A stretch of DNA of 64,000 nt from Octopus sinensis (Eukaryota): positions 21,514,001 through 21,578,000 of the forward strand of contig NC_043007.1 in NCBI RefSeq assembly GCF_006345805.1. Reading direction: 5' to 3'. Positions 12,630 through 24,811 of this stretch are shown here, piece after piece. The stretch's first letter is position 1. Every line of letters starts with the position of its first letter. A program made the position numbers and the translations under genes. The notes beneath the pieces were generated by a model that worked only from the letters and a program-made list of their open reading frames with translations, did no database searches and was not told where the DNA came from.

Positions 12630-13529
12630 GTGTTTTTCTGTCTACAAATCCACTCACAAGCCTTTGGTCAACTCAGGGCTACAATAGAAGACACTTGCCC
12701 AAGCTACCATGCAGTGGGACTGAACCCAGAACCATGTAATTGAGAAGCAGATTTATTCCCAAATATCCCTTATAGTCCCCAAACACCAGTAACCTTAGCA
12801 ATGTGTCCCTCTACCTACTTCTAATACTGGGTTCTTTAAAAGAATTCTCTACTAAATTCCCCCAAGAACCGTCTCCTAATATTCCTTTCCCAAAAAACAC
12901 TAAAGACCTTGTGTCCTATCTTTTTTTCTCCAAGACTAGTAACTAAACATATCCCACACCCCTTCGTATACGGTCTAGATAGTTGACTGTTGTTTCTGCG
13001 GAACATATGTCTTTAGTTTTTAAACATGCTCCCCTGCAGCCCTTTGACTCAGCAAGTCTTAACTACTGTTGTGGTCCCCTTGTGGTTCCCAAACAGTTCT
13101 ACCCTCTACCATTTTCCATCTCATTTGTAATCTACTCAAGAACACATGTCACCTTTTGTCTTGACAGTAACAACATACATTAAACAAAACACCCTTTCTT
13201 TTTTTTCTCCACCATCCATTCATTCACAAGCTACCAACTATTTAGCAGTCACATGTCAAACTACAATTCGCTTTGCTCTGTCACTAACAACTAAATAACA
13301 CATTTTATCATATGTATGTAAACACACTCTTGCTGTGAAGATTGTTTTGGTTTTCGCAACCCAAATTAACAAAAACACTTGAATAAAAAGCAAATAGGTT
13401 TCAACTGGAAACTGAATTAAGACCACGTTTAATGTAACAAAACTTCTTGGTCAATGAAATATTAGACTTAAAATCAGATTCCATTAGATCTTCAGGCCTC
13501 TCTACCAAGCTCATTGAATTATATACACT

Positions 13530-13939
13530 TTTACTCTTTCACTTCTTTCTGTCATTTGACCGCGGCCATGCTGGAGCACCGCCTTTTGTTGAGCAAATCA
13601 ACCCCAAGATTTATTCTTTGTAAGCCTAGTACTTATTCTGTTGGTCTCTTTTGCCGAACTGCTAAGTTACGGGGCACGTAAACATACCAGCATCGGTTGT
13701 CAGGCGATGTGGGAGAACAAACACAGATATAAAAACATATACACACACATACATATATATATATACATATAAACGACGGGCTTCTTTCAGTTTCCATCTA
13801 TCAAATCCACTCACAAGGCTTTGGTTGACCCAAGGCTATAGTAGAAGACACATGCCCAAGGTATCACGCAGTGGGACTGAACCCGGAACCATGTGGTTGG
13901 TAAGCAAGCTACTTACCACACAGCCACTCCTGCGCCTAA
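13530..13939 (-). mobile_element. SINE family B (tRNA head, CORE-like ccttgggcaag domain, internal CA/TA microsatellite), full length
   Basis: On the minus strand: A-box tggctgtgtgg, B-box ggttcagtccc, then gcaccttgggc; resembles described octopus CORE-SINEs. Confidence 0.9.
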
Positions 13940-14392
13940 AAAATTCAGTCTCGGTGGGATTTGAACTCAGAAGGTAGCAACGGATGGAATACCGCTAAGC
14001 GTTTTCCCTGGCATGCTGACGATTCTGCCAGCTCGCCGCCTCATCTTTTCATTTTATTTTATATCATTTACTTGTTTCAGTCATTGGACTACAGCCCTGC
14101 TGAAATATTGCCTCTGAGGATTTTAGTCTCAGACAAATCGACCCCAATAATTATTTCTTATTTCAAAGTTAGGTTCTTATTTTATCAGTCCCTTTTGCTG
14201 AACCACTAAGTTACAGGGATGAAAACAAACCGACACCAGTTGTCCCGGCATGGCTGTGTGGTTAAGCTCATTTTGTAACCACATGGCTTTGAGTTCTGTC
14301 CCACTGTGTAGCACCTTGAGCAAGTGTCTTCTACTATAGACCTGAGATGACCAATGCCTTGTGAAGGAATTTGGTACACAGAAACTGTGGAA

Positions 14393-14625
14393 GGTGGTGA
14401 GCTGGCAGAACTGTTAGCACGCTGGGCGAAATGCTTAGCGATATTTCGTCTGCCATTATGTTCTGAGTTCAAATTCTGCCGAGGTCGACTTTGCCTTTCA
14501 TCCTTTCGGGGTCAATAAATTACGTACCAGTTGTGCACTGGGGTTGATGTAATCGACTTAATCCCTTTGTCTGTCCTTGTTTGTCCCCTCTATGTTTAGC
14601 CCCTTGTGGGCAATAAAGAAACAAG
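14393..14625 (+). mobile_element. SINE family A inserted into a family B copy
   Basis: Full monomer; agaaactgtggaa occurs on both sides (14381-14393 and ~14624-14636), TSD-like. Confidence 0.8.
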
Positions 14626-14936
14626 AAACTGTGGAAATCCATCATGTGTGTGTGTGTGTGTGAGTGTGTGTCTCCCTATATGAAGAACTTGGAATAACAT
14701 ATTCTCTCCTGTTCCCCTTTCTTGAAAACATCCACTGGATGGAATCTATAGAAATTTTGCAATCTTCCTCTTGGAATTCCTGCTATGGAAAATTCATGGC
14801 AAGATTCCAGGAATCATATCTTCCAAACTTTTAAATATATTATAATATACATAATGGGGAAGTTTATAGGAAGTGAATTTTTTTGAATAACTTAATTTTG
14901 TCCATTAGAGTTTTGTGTTCATTATATTATATACAC

Positions 14937-14982
<46 letters not shown>

Positions 14983-15200
14983 GCATACATAGACATGCTT
15001 CCCATTGTTTGTTGGCAGAGAAGCATATTTGAAGTTACATAGAGAATTTCAAGTACCATGAATGCAGAATGCACTTTTTTTCTGCTATATTTGTGTATTT
15101 TGATGATTTAATCTTAGAAACACACAAAAAAAAAAAAAGAAAGAAAATATAAAAATGTGAATATATTGAACTTAGAATGATATATGCACACTAACATAAT

Positions 15201-15233
<33 letters not shown>

Positions 15234-15465
15234 AACACTAACACACTAAGAGCAACAACATCAAAATGTAAATGGAAATATCTCATGCAGTACAAGTTTG
15301 AAAATTTTTCATTTATTTTTTATCCCACATTGAAAGAAATGTTTGTGTGTGTGTGTGTGTGTATGGGCTTGACCTACCTTATTCTATCTATCTCTCTATC
15401 CATCTACCCTCCCCTTCCCTATAGTAATATTGCATTATCATAATACTGATATTTTTACATTCATG

Positions 15466-15560
15466 CGTGGCACCTTGGGCAAGTGTCTTCTGCTATAGCC
15501 CCGGGCCGACCAATGCCTTGTGAGTGGATTTGGTAGACGGAAACTGAAAGAAGCCTGTCG

Positions 15561-15593
<33 letters not shown>

Positions 15594-15804
15594 TTGTGTG
15601 TTTGTCCCCCTAGCATTGCTTGACAACCGATGCTGGTGTGTTTACGTCCCCGTCACTTAGCAGTTCGGCAAAAGAGACCGATAGAATAAGTACTGGGCTT
15701 ACAAAGAATAAGTCCCGGGGTCGATTCGCTCGACTAAAAGGTGGTGCTCCAGCATGGCGCAGTCAAATGACTGAAACAAGTAAAAGAGTAAAAGAGAGTA
15801 AAGA

Positions 15805-15805
<1 letters not shown>
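15466..15805 (+). mobile_element. SINE family B, head truncated
   Basis: gcgtggcaccttgggcaagtgtc through tail tgaaacaagtaaaagagtaaaagag. Confidence 0.9.
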
Positions 15806-15862
<57 letters not shown>

Positions 15863-16302
15863 GCGCTTGTATGATGTGTATCAGTCTTGTTAGCTCAATT
15901 GCGTAATACTTTTATTTTATTTTACTTCTCATGAACAGACAATCACTTGTATATCCATACGGCCAACATTTGATATAATTGTATTAAGTTTACGTCACTT
16001 TGTTATTTTGAATAAAACATTAATACGACACACAAACATACAGGATATACTATAACCCTGTGCTTTAGATTATTAATAGATTTCTCTTTTCTTTTTTCTT
16101 TTTTTTAAAATATTTCTTTTAATGCAACACATGTGTAGTATTTTTATAAGTAGTGACAAATGATCACAGTTTGACGATAACAAGACGTATGAATGTATGA
16201 CTATACCTTTGCCTTGTTACACTAATTTGACTAAAGCAAACTACAGCATTGCTTTAAGGCAGTGACGTCTGATACAGACTGGTCTTTAATATTTATACTT
16301 AC

Positions 16303-16706
16303 ACTAGCAGTATCGCCCGGCGTTGCTCGGGTTTGTAAGGGAAATAACTATATAAGCATTTTTAGAGAGTTATAGCCAAAAAATAGCAAAAAAAAAATGC
16401 ATTAAAAATGGAAAAAGAATGATGGTAAATTTTTTTTTTAAATCGTTGACTCACCGTAGACATTTTTAGTGAGTTACTTCCCTTATATAATAGCGAAAAA
16501 ATGCATTAAAATGGAAAAAAATGATGGTAAATTATTTTTTAAATCGTAGACTCATCGTAGACGCGCACGCTAATACCCAGAAGGGCTCGATATGAATCAC
16601 GACTATAAGATACCCGCTTTTGGTTAAACTGCACCGCAAAATGTGGGAGTAGTTAGGAATCTAAATCGTAGGAGACAGACACAACTTTACTTTTATATAT
16701 AAAGAT
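16303..16706 (+). mobile_element. HINE/DINE-like element with the same termini as 4656-5048
   Basis: actagcagtatcgcccggcgttgctcgggtttg ... cagacacaactttacttttatatataaagat; internal ~65-bp duplication. Confidence 0.7.
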
Positions 16707-17662
16707 TATATCTGTAACATGGAATATTTATTATCCTAAACAGTGTGTTTTGTTATGTACTTTGCTAAAGGTGTGAGAACTATCAGCCTTAATAATTGGT
16801 GAAATTTAGAAAGAATTTTATTGTTTTTCTTTTTCATATTAAATATTCAAAATCAATATTTATGGCTATTTCGAAGGACACACAGACAATTACAGAGTAG
16901 ACTGTTATATATAAAGGAATTTATTAGTTTTAATGGTCAACATATTAGATATTTTTATGGTGTATGTTCTTATTGTTATGTATTGGTTTTCTTTTCGTTT
17001 ATTTAATATGATCGGTTGTTATCCTCATGTTGTTACATATTTTTGGTCAAATTAAATTCACTTTATTGATTTTATTGCAGTTGAATTTTATTTTAATAAT
17101 CAATAACGCAATTAATACGAATTCTGTTTCATGTCCGTAATGAGATTCAACACTAACATCGATAGATACCCTGTCAATGTCACGGCTTTAAACCTTTCTG
17201 TTATGAGAAACATTTTAAATAATTGCATTAATTGTCCTAGTTCGTTTCTTCTTTTCTCTTTTTTTTTTTATTGTTTGCCAGCATTTGAAATCCATTGACA
17301 AGAAAAGGAAAACAAAAAAAATTTCTACTGTCTCATGTTTTAAGTGGAAACATAAATGTTTGCTCATGCCTTCTGAACATATCCTTGCATACATGCATGT
17401 TCATAGGTGTTTGCACTCATCCGTAACATATACGAACATTTATACAAAGCCATCCTTTACTTAAGCACATTCTCATCTTTCACCCTTAATCATTCATTCA
17501 ATCATCATCATCATCATCAGCATCGTTTAATGTCCGCTTTCCATGCTAGCATGGGTTGGACAATTTGACTGAGGTCTGACGAACCAGATGGCTGCACCAG
17601 GCTCCAATCTGATCTGGCAGAGTTTCTACAGCTGGATGCCCTTCCTAACGCCAACCACTCCG

Positions 17663-17929
17663 TGGGCCCTTGAAACCCAGGCTGTTGCAGTAACTGGTCC
17701 TGAAGCGTGACGGCATTGCCGGGATCTTTGGCACTATTCAGTGTCGTCCCGTTCTGGCATTGGTGTAGCTTTCAATGCCAAAATTTGGCACAATTCCTTC
17801 CAGGATCTTCCAGATATATATTACTGCATACCTCTCCCGTCTTCTCTCCAGGGAGTAGAGTCTTAGCTGTTTCAACCTTTCCCAGTAGCTGAGCTGTTGC
17901 AGAGAGACGATCTTCTTTGTGAATCTTCT
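17663..17929 (-). mobile_element. CR1-type LINE fragment, ORF2 region C-terminal to the reverse transcriptase
   Basis: My minus-strand translation reads RRFTKKIVSLQQLSYWERLKQLRLYSLERRRERYAVIYIWKILEGIVPNFGIESYTNARTGRH*IVPKIP, the characteristic LSYxERLxxLxLYSLERRRER motif of CR1-group ORF2; one stop. Confidence 0.85.
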
Positions 17930-18309
17930 CTATGTTAGATAGTGTTGTCTGAGACATGTTATGTCTCAATAAAAGTTAGGGTTGACATAACTGGAATATC
18001 TTTGATCTTAGAGGTCTGCTAGCTCAGAGTTTAGCAGCAACATTTAGCAACATGTGTCATTTATTTATGAATTCCATAAAAAAAGAATATTTTTATTAGA
18101 TTGATTTATTTAGCATCAATTTTTTTCTCTGTCACATAACGAGTTGGTTTGTTTTCTCTCTACAGATTCACATGATAGCAAAGTATGTTATTGAAAAGCA
18201 TGCGTTTACAACTAGATGTCTTTCATAATATTATCTATTTAGTTTTGCTGCAGTAATGATGCTTATTTTATCTGTGCAGCGTTTATAAGTCTTGTGATAT
18301 TTGAGTGTT

Positions 18310-18560
18310 GAATAGGAAAGCTCTGCAAAGGCTAAAGAAAAGAGAATTACCATTACGCATCCTACAAATGTGCCGTGTTTTGCTTCAAAGACTAAATGGA
18401 AATGAGATGAGGATGGAACTTGGCATTAAAAAGTTCAATCAATATTTGAAGGATAGATGTCTCTACATGTTTGTACACACATGTATAATGCATGCAAATG
18501 GACAACATCTACATGAAAGTGCCGTGTGCCGATGGTGGGAGATTTATTTCCATAGCAAAA
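18310..18560 (+). mobile_element. Highly degraded RTE-like LINE ORF C-terminal fragment
   Basis: LQRL..RE..LRILQMC.V.LQRLNGNEMRMELGI...LKDRCLYMFVH resembles the RTE post-RT pattern (ELRxxLGI..RRLRWxGH); frameshifted. Confidence 0.4.
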
Positions 18561-18654
18561 GAAAGAAGACTTGAGGGGGGTGGGGAAATGAGATTTGAGG
18601 AAACTGAGCCTTACAAAAAAAAAGAAGACACAAGATCAAGCGGTTTGGTAATAT

Positions 18655-18955
18655 TTTGTTCCTTCTCGAAACACGCCTGGCTCATAGGGCTGGTTTCCCA
18701 GTTTCCTTGGCATATAGGTTCCCCACGTGGATGGGACGTCGGTCCGTCGCAGTTGAGCTGCAAGATGCAGGAGGAAAGAGTGAGAGAAAAGTTGTGGTGA
18801 AAGAGTCAGCAGAAGTTCGCCATTACTTTCTTCCGGAACCTCATGGAGCTTAGGTGTTTCTCTCATAAACATACACATTGTCCGGTCTGAGATTTGAACC
18901 CACGATCCCTCAACCGCGAGTCCGCTTCTCTAACCACTAGGTCATGTGCCTCCAC
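18655..18955 (-). mobile_element. Another tRNA-headed SINE (single copy here)
   Basis: Minus-strand head gtggaggcacatgacctagtggttagag...gggttcaaatc with A and B boxes. Confidence 0.7.
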
Positions 18956-19639
18956 AGTGTGGTAATATATCATACTGCAGGCCTCCATCTTAGTTTTACC
19001 AGGAAGGGAACAGAATACAAATAACAAAAATGATGAAGTTGATCAGAATCATGTTGGTGGGATTGGTAAAATGTGGTCTTAGTCAAAACTAATCAGCCTG
19101 TAGTCTACCTTAATTGCAAAGCAAATATGCCTCTTTGGTCACCTGTATAAATTGTTTGGGGACTAATAAGAAACTCTTTCTCTCTTCTGAAGGTGCAGAC
19201 ATGGCTGTGTGGTTAAGAAATTTGCTTCCCAACCACATGGTTCTAGGTTCAATTTCACTGCATGGAATCTTGGGCAAGAGTCTTCTACTATGGCCCTTGT
19301 AAGTGGGTTTGGTTGACAGAAATTGAAAGAAGCCTATCGTGTGTGTGTGTGTGTGTGTACACATGTATGTATGTGTATGTTTGTATGTACGTGCATCTTT
19401 GTGTTTGTCCCCCCTCACCATTTGACAGCCAATATTGGTTTGTTTACATCTGAACTACATGGTTACTTACATTTAGGGGACAGTGTATGTGTGTATTGTG
19501 TACATGTGTATTATGTAACAGATGTTGGCTTGGGGCTATAGTAGAAAACACTTGTCCAAGATGCTGCACAGCAGGACTGAACCTGGAACAATGTGGTTTT
19601 AAAGCAAGCTTCTTAACCACACAGCCATGCCTGTTCCTA

Positions 19640-20040
19640 CATCATCATCATCATCATCATCGTTTAACGTCCACTTTCCATGCTAGCATGGGTTGGACGG
19701 TTCAACAGGGGTCTGGGAAGCCAGGAGGCTGCACCAGGCTCCAGTCTGATCTGGCAGTGTTTCTACAGCTGGGTGCCCTTCCTAATGGTAACGCCAACCA
19801 CTCCGAGAGTGTAGTGGGTGCTTTTTACGTGCCACCGGCACAAATGCAAGGGGAGGCTGGCAATGGCCATGATCTGTTGGTGCTTTTCACGTGCCACCGG
19901 CACAGAAGCCAGTCAAGGCGGCGCTGGCATCAGCCACGTTCGGATGGTGCTTTTTACGTGCCACCAGCACAGGTATCACAACTACAATTTCCATTTGATT
20001 TTTATTTTGATGTTGATGTACTTGACTCAATAGGTCTCCT
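19640..20040 (-). mobile_element. SINE family C (V-SINE-like ggaagggcatccagc domain, (GAT)n tail, internal tandem units)
   Basis: Copies also at ~9428-9585, 17505-17662, 21955-22100, 35540-35800, 37808-38165 and 63505-63740 (minus strand). Confidence 0.85.
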
Positions 20041-20064
20041 CAAGCACAGCCTCCTACATAAACT

Positions 20065-20465
20065 CTTTTACTTGTTTCAGTCATTTGACTATGGTCATGC
20101 TGGAGCACCACCTTTAGTAGAGCAAATCGACCCCAGGACTTATTCTTTGATAGCCTAGTACTTATTCTTTCGGTCTCTTTTGCCGAACCGCTAAGTTACG
20201 GGGACGTAAACACACCAGCAACAGTTGTCAAGCGATGTTGGGGGTACAAACACACACACACACAAACATATACACACACACACATACATATATATACATA
20301 TATACGATGGGCTTCCTTCAGTTTCCGTCTACCAAATCCACTCACAAGGCTTTGGTCGGCCTGAGGCTGTAGTCGAACACACTCGCCCAAGGTGCCACGC
20401 AGTGGGACTGAACCCAGAACCATGTGGCTGGTAAGCAAGTTTCTTACCACACAGCCACTCCTGTG
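20065..20465 (-). mobile_element. SINE family B, full length
   Basis: Matches the 13530-13939 copy along its length. Confidence 0.9.
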
Positions 20466-20954
20466 CATATAAGCCACTTCTTGTATATTTTTTATAAATA
20501 ATTTTATAGTCTACCGGCTTCTATTATATAAATCCAGTTAGGATATATATATATTTTTGTTGGGGTGAAAAAGAAAAAAATTGAAGAAATCTTGTTAATT
20601 CACTCGAGCTAGTGTTAATGGTTCACAAAAAAGTCTTGATAGAAGTGGAAATTTGTTTCTAAACCTATTAATAGTAAAATGTCTCTGGTGTATCTGGTTA
20701 AATAATATTACTTTGACATAAATAAGTTTGACATGTTGGATAACCATTACATTTTGTACTTATGAATATTTCATTACTAATTTAGTTTATATTTAGCTTT
20801 CACCAAAGATCTTAGTAATTGCATTACTTCTTTCTTTCACCTCAGCTCAAATAGATTCGGTTCTGCTGTTGGCGAGCGCCAGACTACATGTTTCACAACT
20901 GTTTCGTTCTGATTTCAATAATTCACTAGTTCTGATCTGATTTTGACTTACATT

Positions 20955-21360
20955 TCTCTCTCCCCCTTCTCTCTCTCTTCTCTCTCCTCCCTCTCTTCTC
21001 TCTCCTCCTCTCTCATATCTTTCTCCTTCCCCATCTCTCTCCCCTTCTCTCTCCTCTTTTTTCTCTCTCTCCTCTCTCTCTCCTTTCTCTCTTCTCTCTC
21101 CTCTTTTTCTCTCCCCCTCTCACCTATCTTTCTCCCTCCCCTCTCTCCTTTTTCTCTCCTCGTTTTCTCTCTCCCTCTCTCTCCTCTCTTTCCCTCTTTC
21201 TCTCCTTTTTCTCTCCTCGATTTCTCTCTCCCTCTCTCCCTCTATCTTCTCTCTCCTCTCTCTCTTCTCTCTCCTCTCTCTCTTCTCTCTCCTCTCTCTC
21301 TTCTCTCTCCTCTTTTTCTCTCCCCCCTCTCTCTCCCCTATTTCTCCTCCTTCCCTTTCT
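20955..21360. repeat. CT-rich homopyrimidine tract (~400 bp)
   Basis: Direct reading. Confidence 0.95.
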
Positions 21361-22101
21361 GTCTAGTATTGATAATGTTGATGATATAATATACCAGACT
21401 TCATTTGATTGAATATAAACCGCTCCCTGCCCCCCAGATATAAAATTGATCTTTTGCCTGGTCCAGGGAGGGGAGAGAGAAGAAAAAAAAATCGTTATTT
21501 CCCTGGTTCTTCTAATTCCAATTTTTTATGGCGTAAAAACATTTAACTAGAATTGATGTCGGAATTTTACTTGACTGCCTGTCTGAAGCTATTACGTTAC
21601 CTAAAATAATATTTTTACTTTATTATGTAATTGTCTCTTTTTGTTGTTGCTGTTCTTGTAGTTGTTGTTTTCTTCCTTTTATCAGGAAAAAAAAAAAACA
21701 AGGAGGTCTGAGACATAGGTTGAAAACTCAGACTATTGATTTTGGAAGAGATCTTGAAGGAAAGAGTCCTGTCCAACTCAACTACCATGTTGTTATTAAT
21801 AAAGAAAGGAGATAGAATTTGTTTCTCTTTCACAGAAGTAACATCTTAGTTTTTATATTATATTAATTTATTTTGTTAACGATATAATCAATATTTTGTA
21901 ACTGAAGGGTATAATCTTTGAATCATCTGCAATACATCATATATCTGGTTTATCTTCATCGTCATCATTTAATGTCCGTCTTCCATGCTGGTATGGGTTG
22001 GGTGATTTGATAGGAGCTGGCAAACCAGAGAACTGTACCAAGACCCACTATCTGTTTTGGCATGGTTTCTACAGTTGGTGTCCTTGCTAATGCCGGCCAC
22101 T

Positions 22102-22598
22102 TTAACCTTTTCGTTACCATATTTATTTTGAGATGCTCTGTTTTTCATTCAATTAATTTTAAATATAACGAAGAATTTAGTAAAATATCTTAATTATCAT
22201 TAAGCTAGTGTTAGGAGCATAAATTGTGACTAAGGTTTGGTGGAAGATTTTAATTCAAAACTTATGAAAACAAGACATTTGTCCTCAGAGCTAGAGCTGG
22301 TTTCAGCCGGGTTGGTAATGAAAGGGTTAACCCTTTAGCATTCAGACTACTCTGTCAAATGCAATGCTTATTCATTCACATTAACCCTTTCGTTACTGTA
22401 TTTGAGATGCTCTGTGTTTCATTCAATTAATTTTAAATATAACAAAGAATTTAGTAAAAGAACTTAGTTATCATTCAGCTAGTGTTGAGAACATAAATTG
22501 TGACTAGGGTTTGGTGGAAGATTTTAATTCAGAACTTATGAAAACAAAACATTTGTATTACAGAGCCAGAGATACCGGGTTGGTATCAGATGGGTTAA
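22102..22598. mobile_element. Stack of piggyBac-like MITEs
   Basis: TTAA at 22102, 22327, 22381 and 22595, each followed or preceded by ccctt/aaggg-type TIR ends; two copies of one ~220-bp MITE plus a 50-bp end of a second family. Confidence 0.8.
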
Positions 22599-23759
22599 GG
22601 AGTAAGTTAGATGAATTTTTATGTGGTACCAACACTGCTGTGGTCAAATTGGTATATTTATTTACAGCTGGATGCCCTTCCTAATGCCAACCATTTTACA
22701 GAATGGGCTGGGGGCTTCTTATGTGGCATCAGCACTGGCAAAGTCAGTTTGGCATATTTTTTATGGCTGAGTGCCCTTCCTACCGCCAACCACTTTACTA
22801 CGTGGACTGGTACTATTCACTTCAAGGTGAAAAAAAAAAGCCAAACTAAACTCAGGACAGAGGGGTAATTAAACAAAATACAGTAAATGCATTCATTCTG
22901 GCATTTCTACAGACTTACTCATTCTTCGTTCTCTCAATAACATATCATTTTGTCCTTAAAACTTGATAATGTTGATAGAGCTTTAAAGGTTCTTTTGAAA
23001 CCAAAATGAGATACATACCAGTCTATATTTATAATGTTTAATAGTTTTAACATAACCGATACTCTCTTTCCCTCCCTCCCTCCTCCTCCTCCTCTCTCTC
23101 TTGCCTTGAACCAAATTTGAAAGTCAGTCATATGGTTTCTTTATTTTCTTGTAAAATAAAGTTATAATTCTTGAGCAAAGAAAAATAGCTTATCTCTTAC
23201 TCTCATGGATATAATATATCACATTCTGAACATTTTATTTTATTTTATTTTATTTTATTTCATTTTATTTTATTTTTAACTTAGTGTTACTAAATTGGTA
23301 AAAATACACACAAGGTCATCTTATGCTCAATGACAGTGATAGCAGAGAATGCGATTGTAGAATATGCTGCTCGTGTTTACTGCAAAAGTATTTATGCTTT
23401 TACAGTCCAGCAATCTTTCATTTTAAATTTCATATTCATTCTTGGTTGTTTATTTGTTACAGAGGTTAAACTTTTGATGCCTTTTCTTTTTTTTTATTTA
23501 TCGCATTTCTGTGAACAGCAGCTTTGTAGGATGCAGATTCTCAGTTATCCAATTAATGTTTCATTGTATTTACAATAAAGAAATTGACGAGGGATTGTCT
23601 GTACAAATTGGGCAGAACAAATATCACTAGGAATTTGTCAAAAACCACTCGTTTCTTGGTTTTTATCACTGGCGTTGACATCTTTCACTGATTTACCTTG
23701 CTGAAAGATATGTTGCATGTGTGTGCATGTTTATATATATATATATATATATATATACG

Positions 23760-23945
23760 TGCAGGTGGCATGTAAAAAGCACCCACTACACTCTCGGAGT
23801 GGTTGGAATTAGGAAGGTCATCCAGCTGTAGAAACTCTGCCAGATCAGATTGGAGACTGGTGCAACCATTTGGTTGCCAGCCCTCAGTCAAAACCATCCA
23901 ACCCATGCTAGCATGGAAAACGAACGTTAAACGATGATGATGATG
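23760..23945 (+). mobile_element. SINE family C, 3-prime part
   Basis: cactacactctcggagtggttgg through aacccatgctagcatggaaa and (GAT)n. Confidence 0.85.
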
Positions 23946-23974
23946 ATATGTATATATATATATATATTCCTAAT

Positions 23975-24215
23975 ATATCTGTAATATAATATGTGACAAT
24001 TATTCGGTTGCCATAATAAAACTCCAAGTTTCAGATGTCAGGGCAGAAATCTGCTCCAGCATCTCATCAGTTATTAAGACAATTATTTTTCATAGCATTT
24101 TTTTGATTGTCTAGCTAACTGATGAGATGCCGGAGCAGATTTCCGCCCCGACAACCAAAACTTAGAGTTTTATTATGACAACCGAATAATTGTCACATAT
24201 TATATTAACAGATAA
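23975..24215. repeat. ~110-bp inverted repeat pair, each arm with a hammerhead-like core
   Basis: 23975-24083 is the reverse complement of 24106-24215 (roughly 90% identity by eye). Confidence 0.9.
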
Positions 24216-24811
24216 ATTCCTCTGTTTACATAATATTGAGGTCTCAATCATTCTTTTGTTGTCACACCATTACTATTAAGATATATATATATATATATAT
24301 ATCCTGTGTGACCCTTCTGTCTGGCATTCGCCATGATAGATCGCTAGCCACAACACATTCTTTATTTTCTCTCCTTGTTTCTTTCCGTGTACCTTTATTT
24401 GAAGAGCGTAGGCTCGAAATGTTAAAGACTTTTTCACTTCCCGAGCGTTATACTAATACATCTGTTTGTTGTCTACACCACCTGTCTTCGTCTTTTGTTT
24501 TTTCATGAACCCCCCCCCCCCTCCCCCCATATATAGCTTTGTTGGATACAAATTTACAGAGAGAGAGAGGAGAGATGGAAAGACAAGAAAAGACGTCAAC
24601 AAGAAACTATGACATTACAACCAGCCAGGAAAAGTCTTCGCTACATTTGCGGCACCTGCCAGAGGGAGTGTTTGTCCAGGATAGGACTACACAACCACAG
24701 CAGGAAATGTATTAGGATATGAAATGTAAAAGCCAGACTAGACTATTTTATGCGCAACTCCATTGTCTCCCGAGACAAAAAGGACGTCAACAACAACAAC
24801 AATATATATAT

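Noticed and set aside
12780-13180. Purine/pyrimidine-skewed unique segment resembling a decayed ORF on the minus strand
   Set aside because: Multiple stops and no motif I can name.
21687-21816. Open frame KKKKQGGLRHRLKTQTIDFGRDLEGKSPVQLNYHVVINKERR* after an AG
   Set aside because: It could be a terminal exon, but there is no recognisable homology or linked upstream exon, so it is unsupported.
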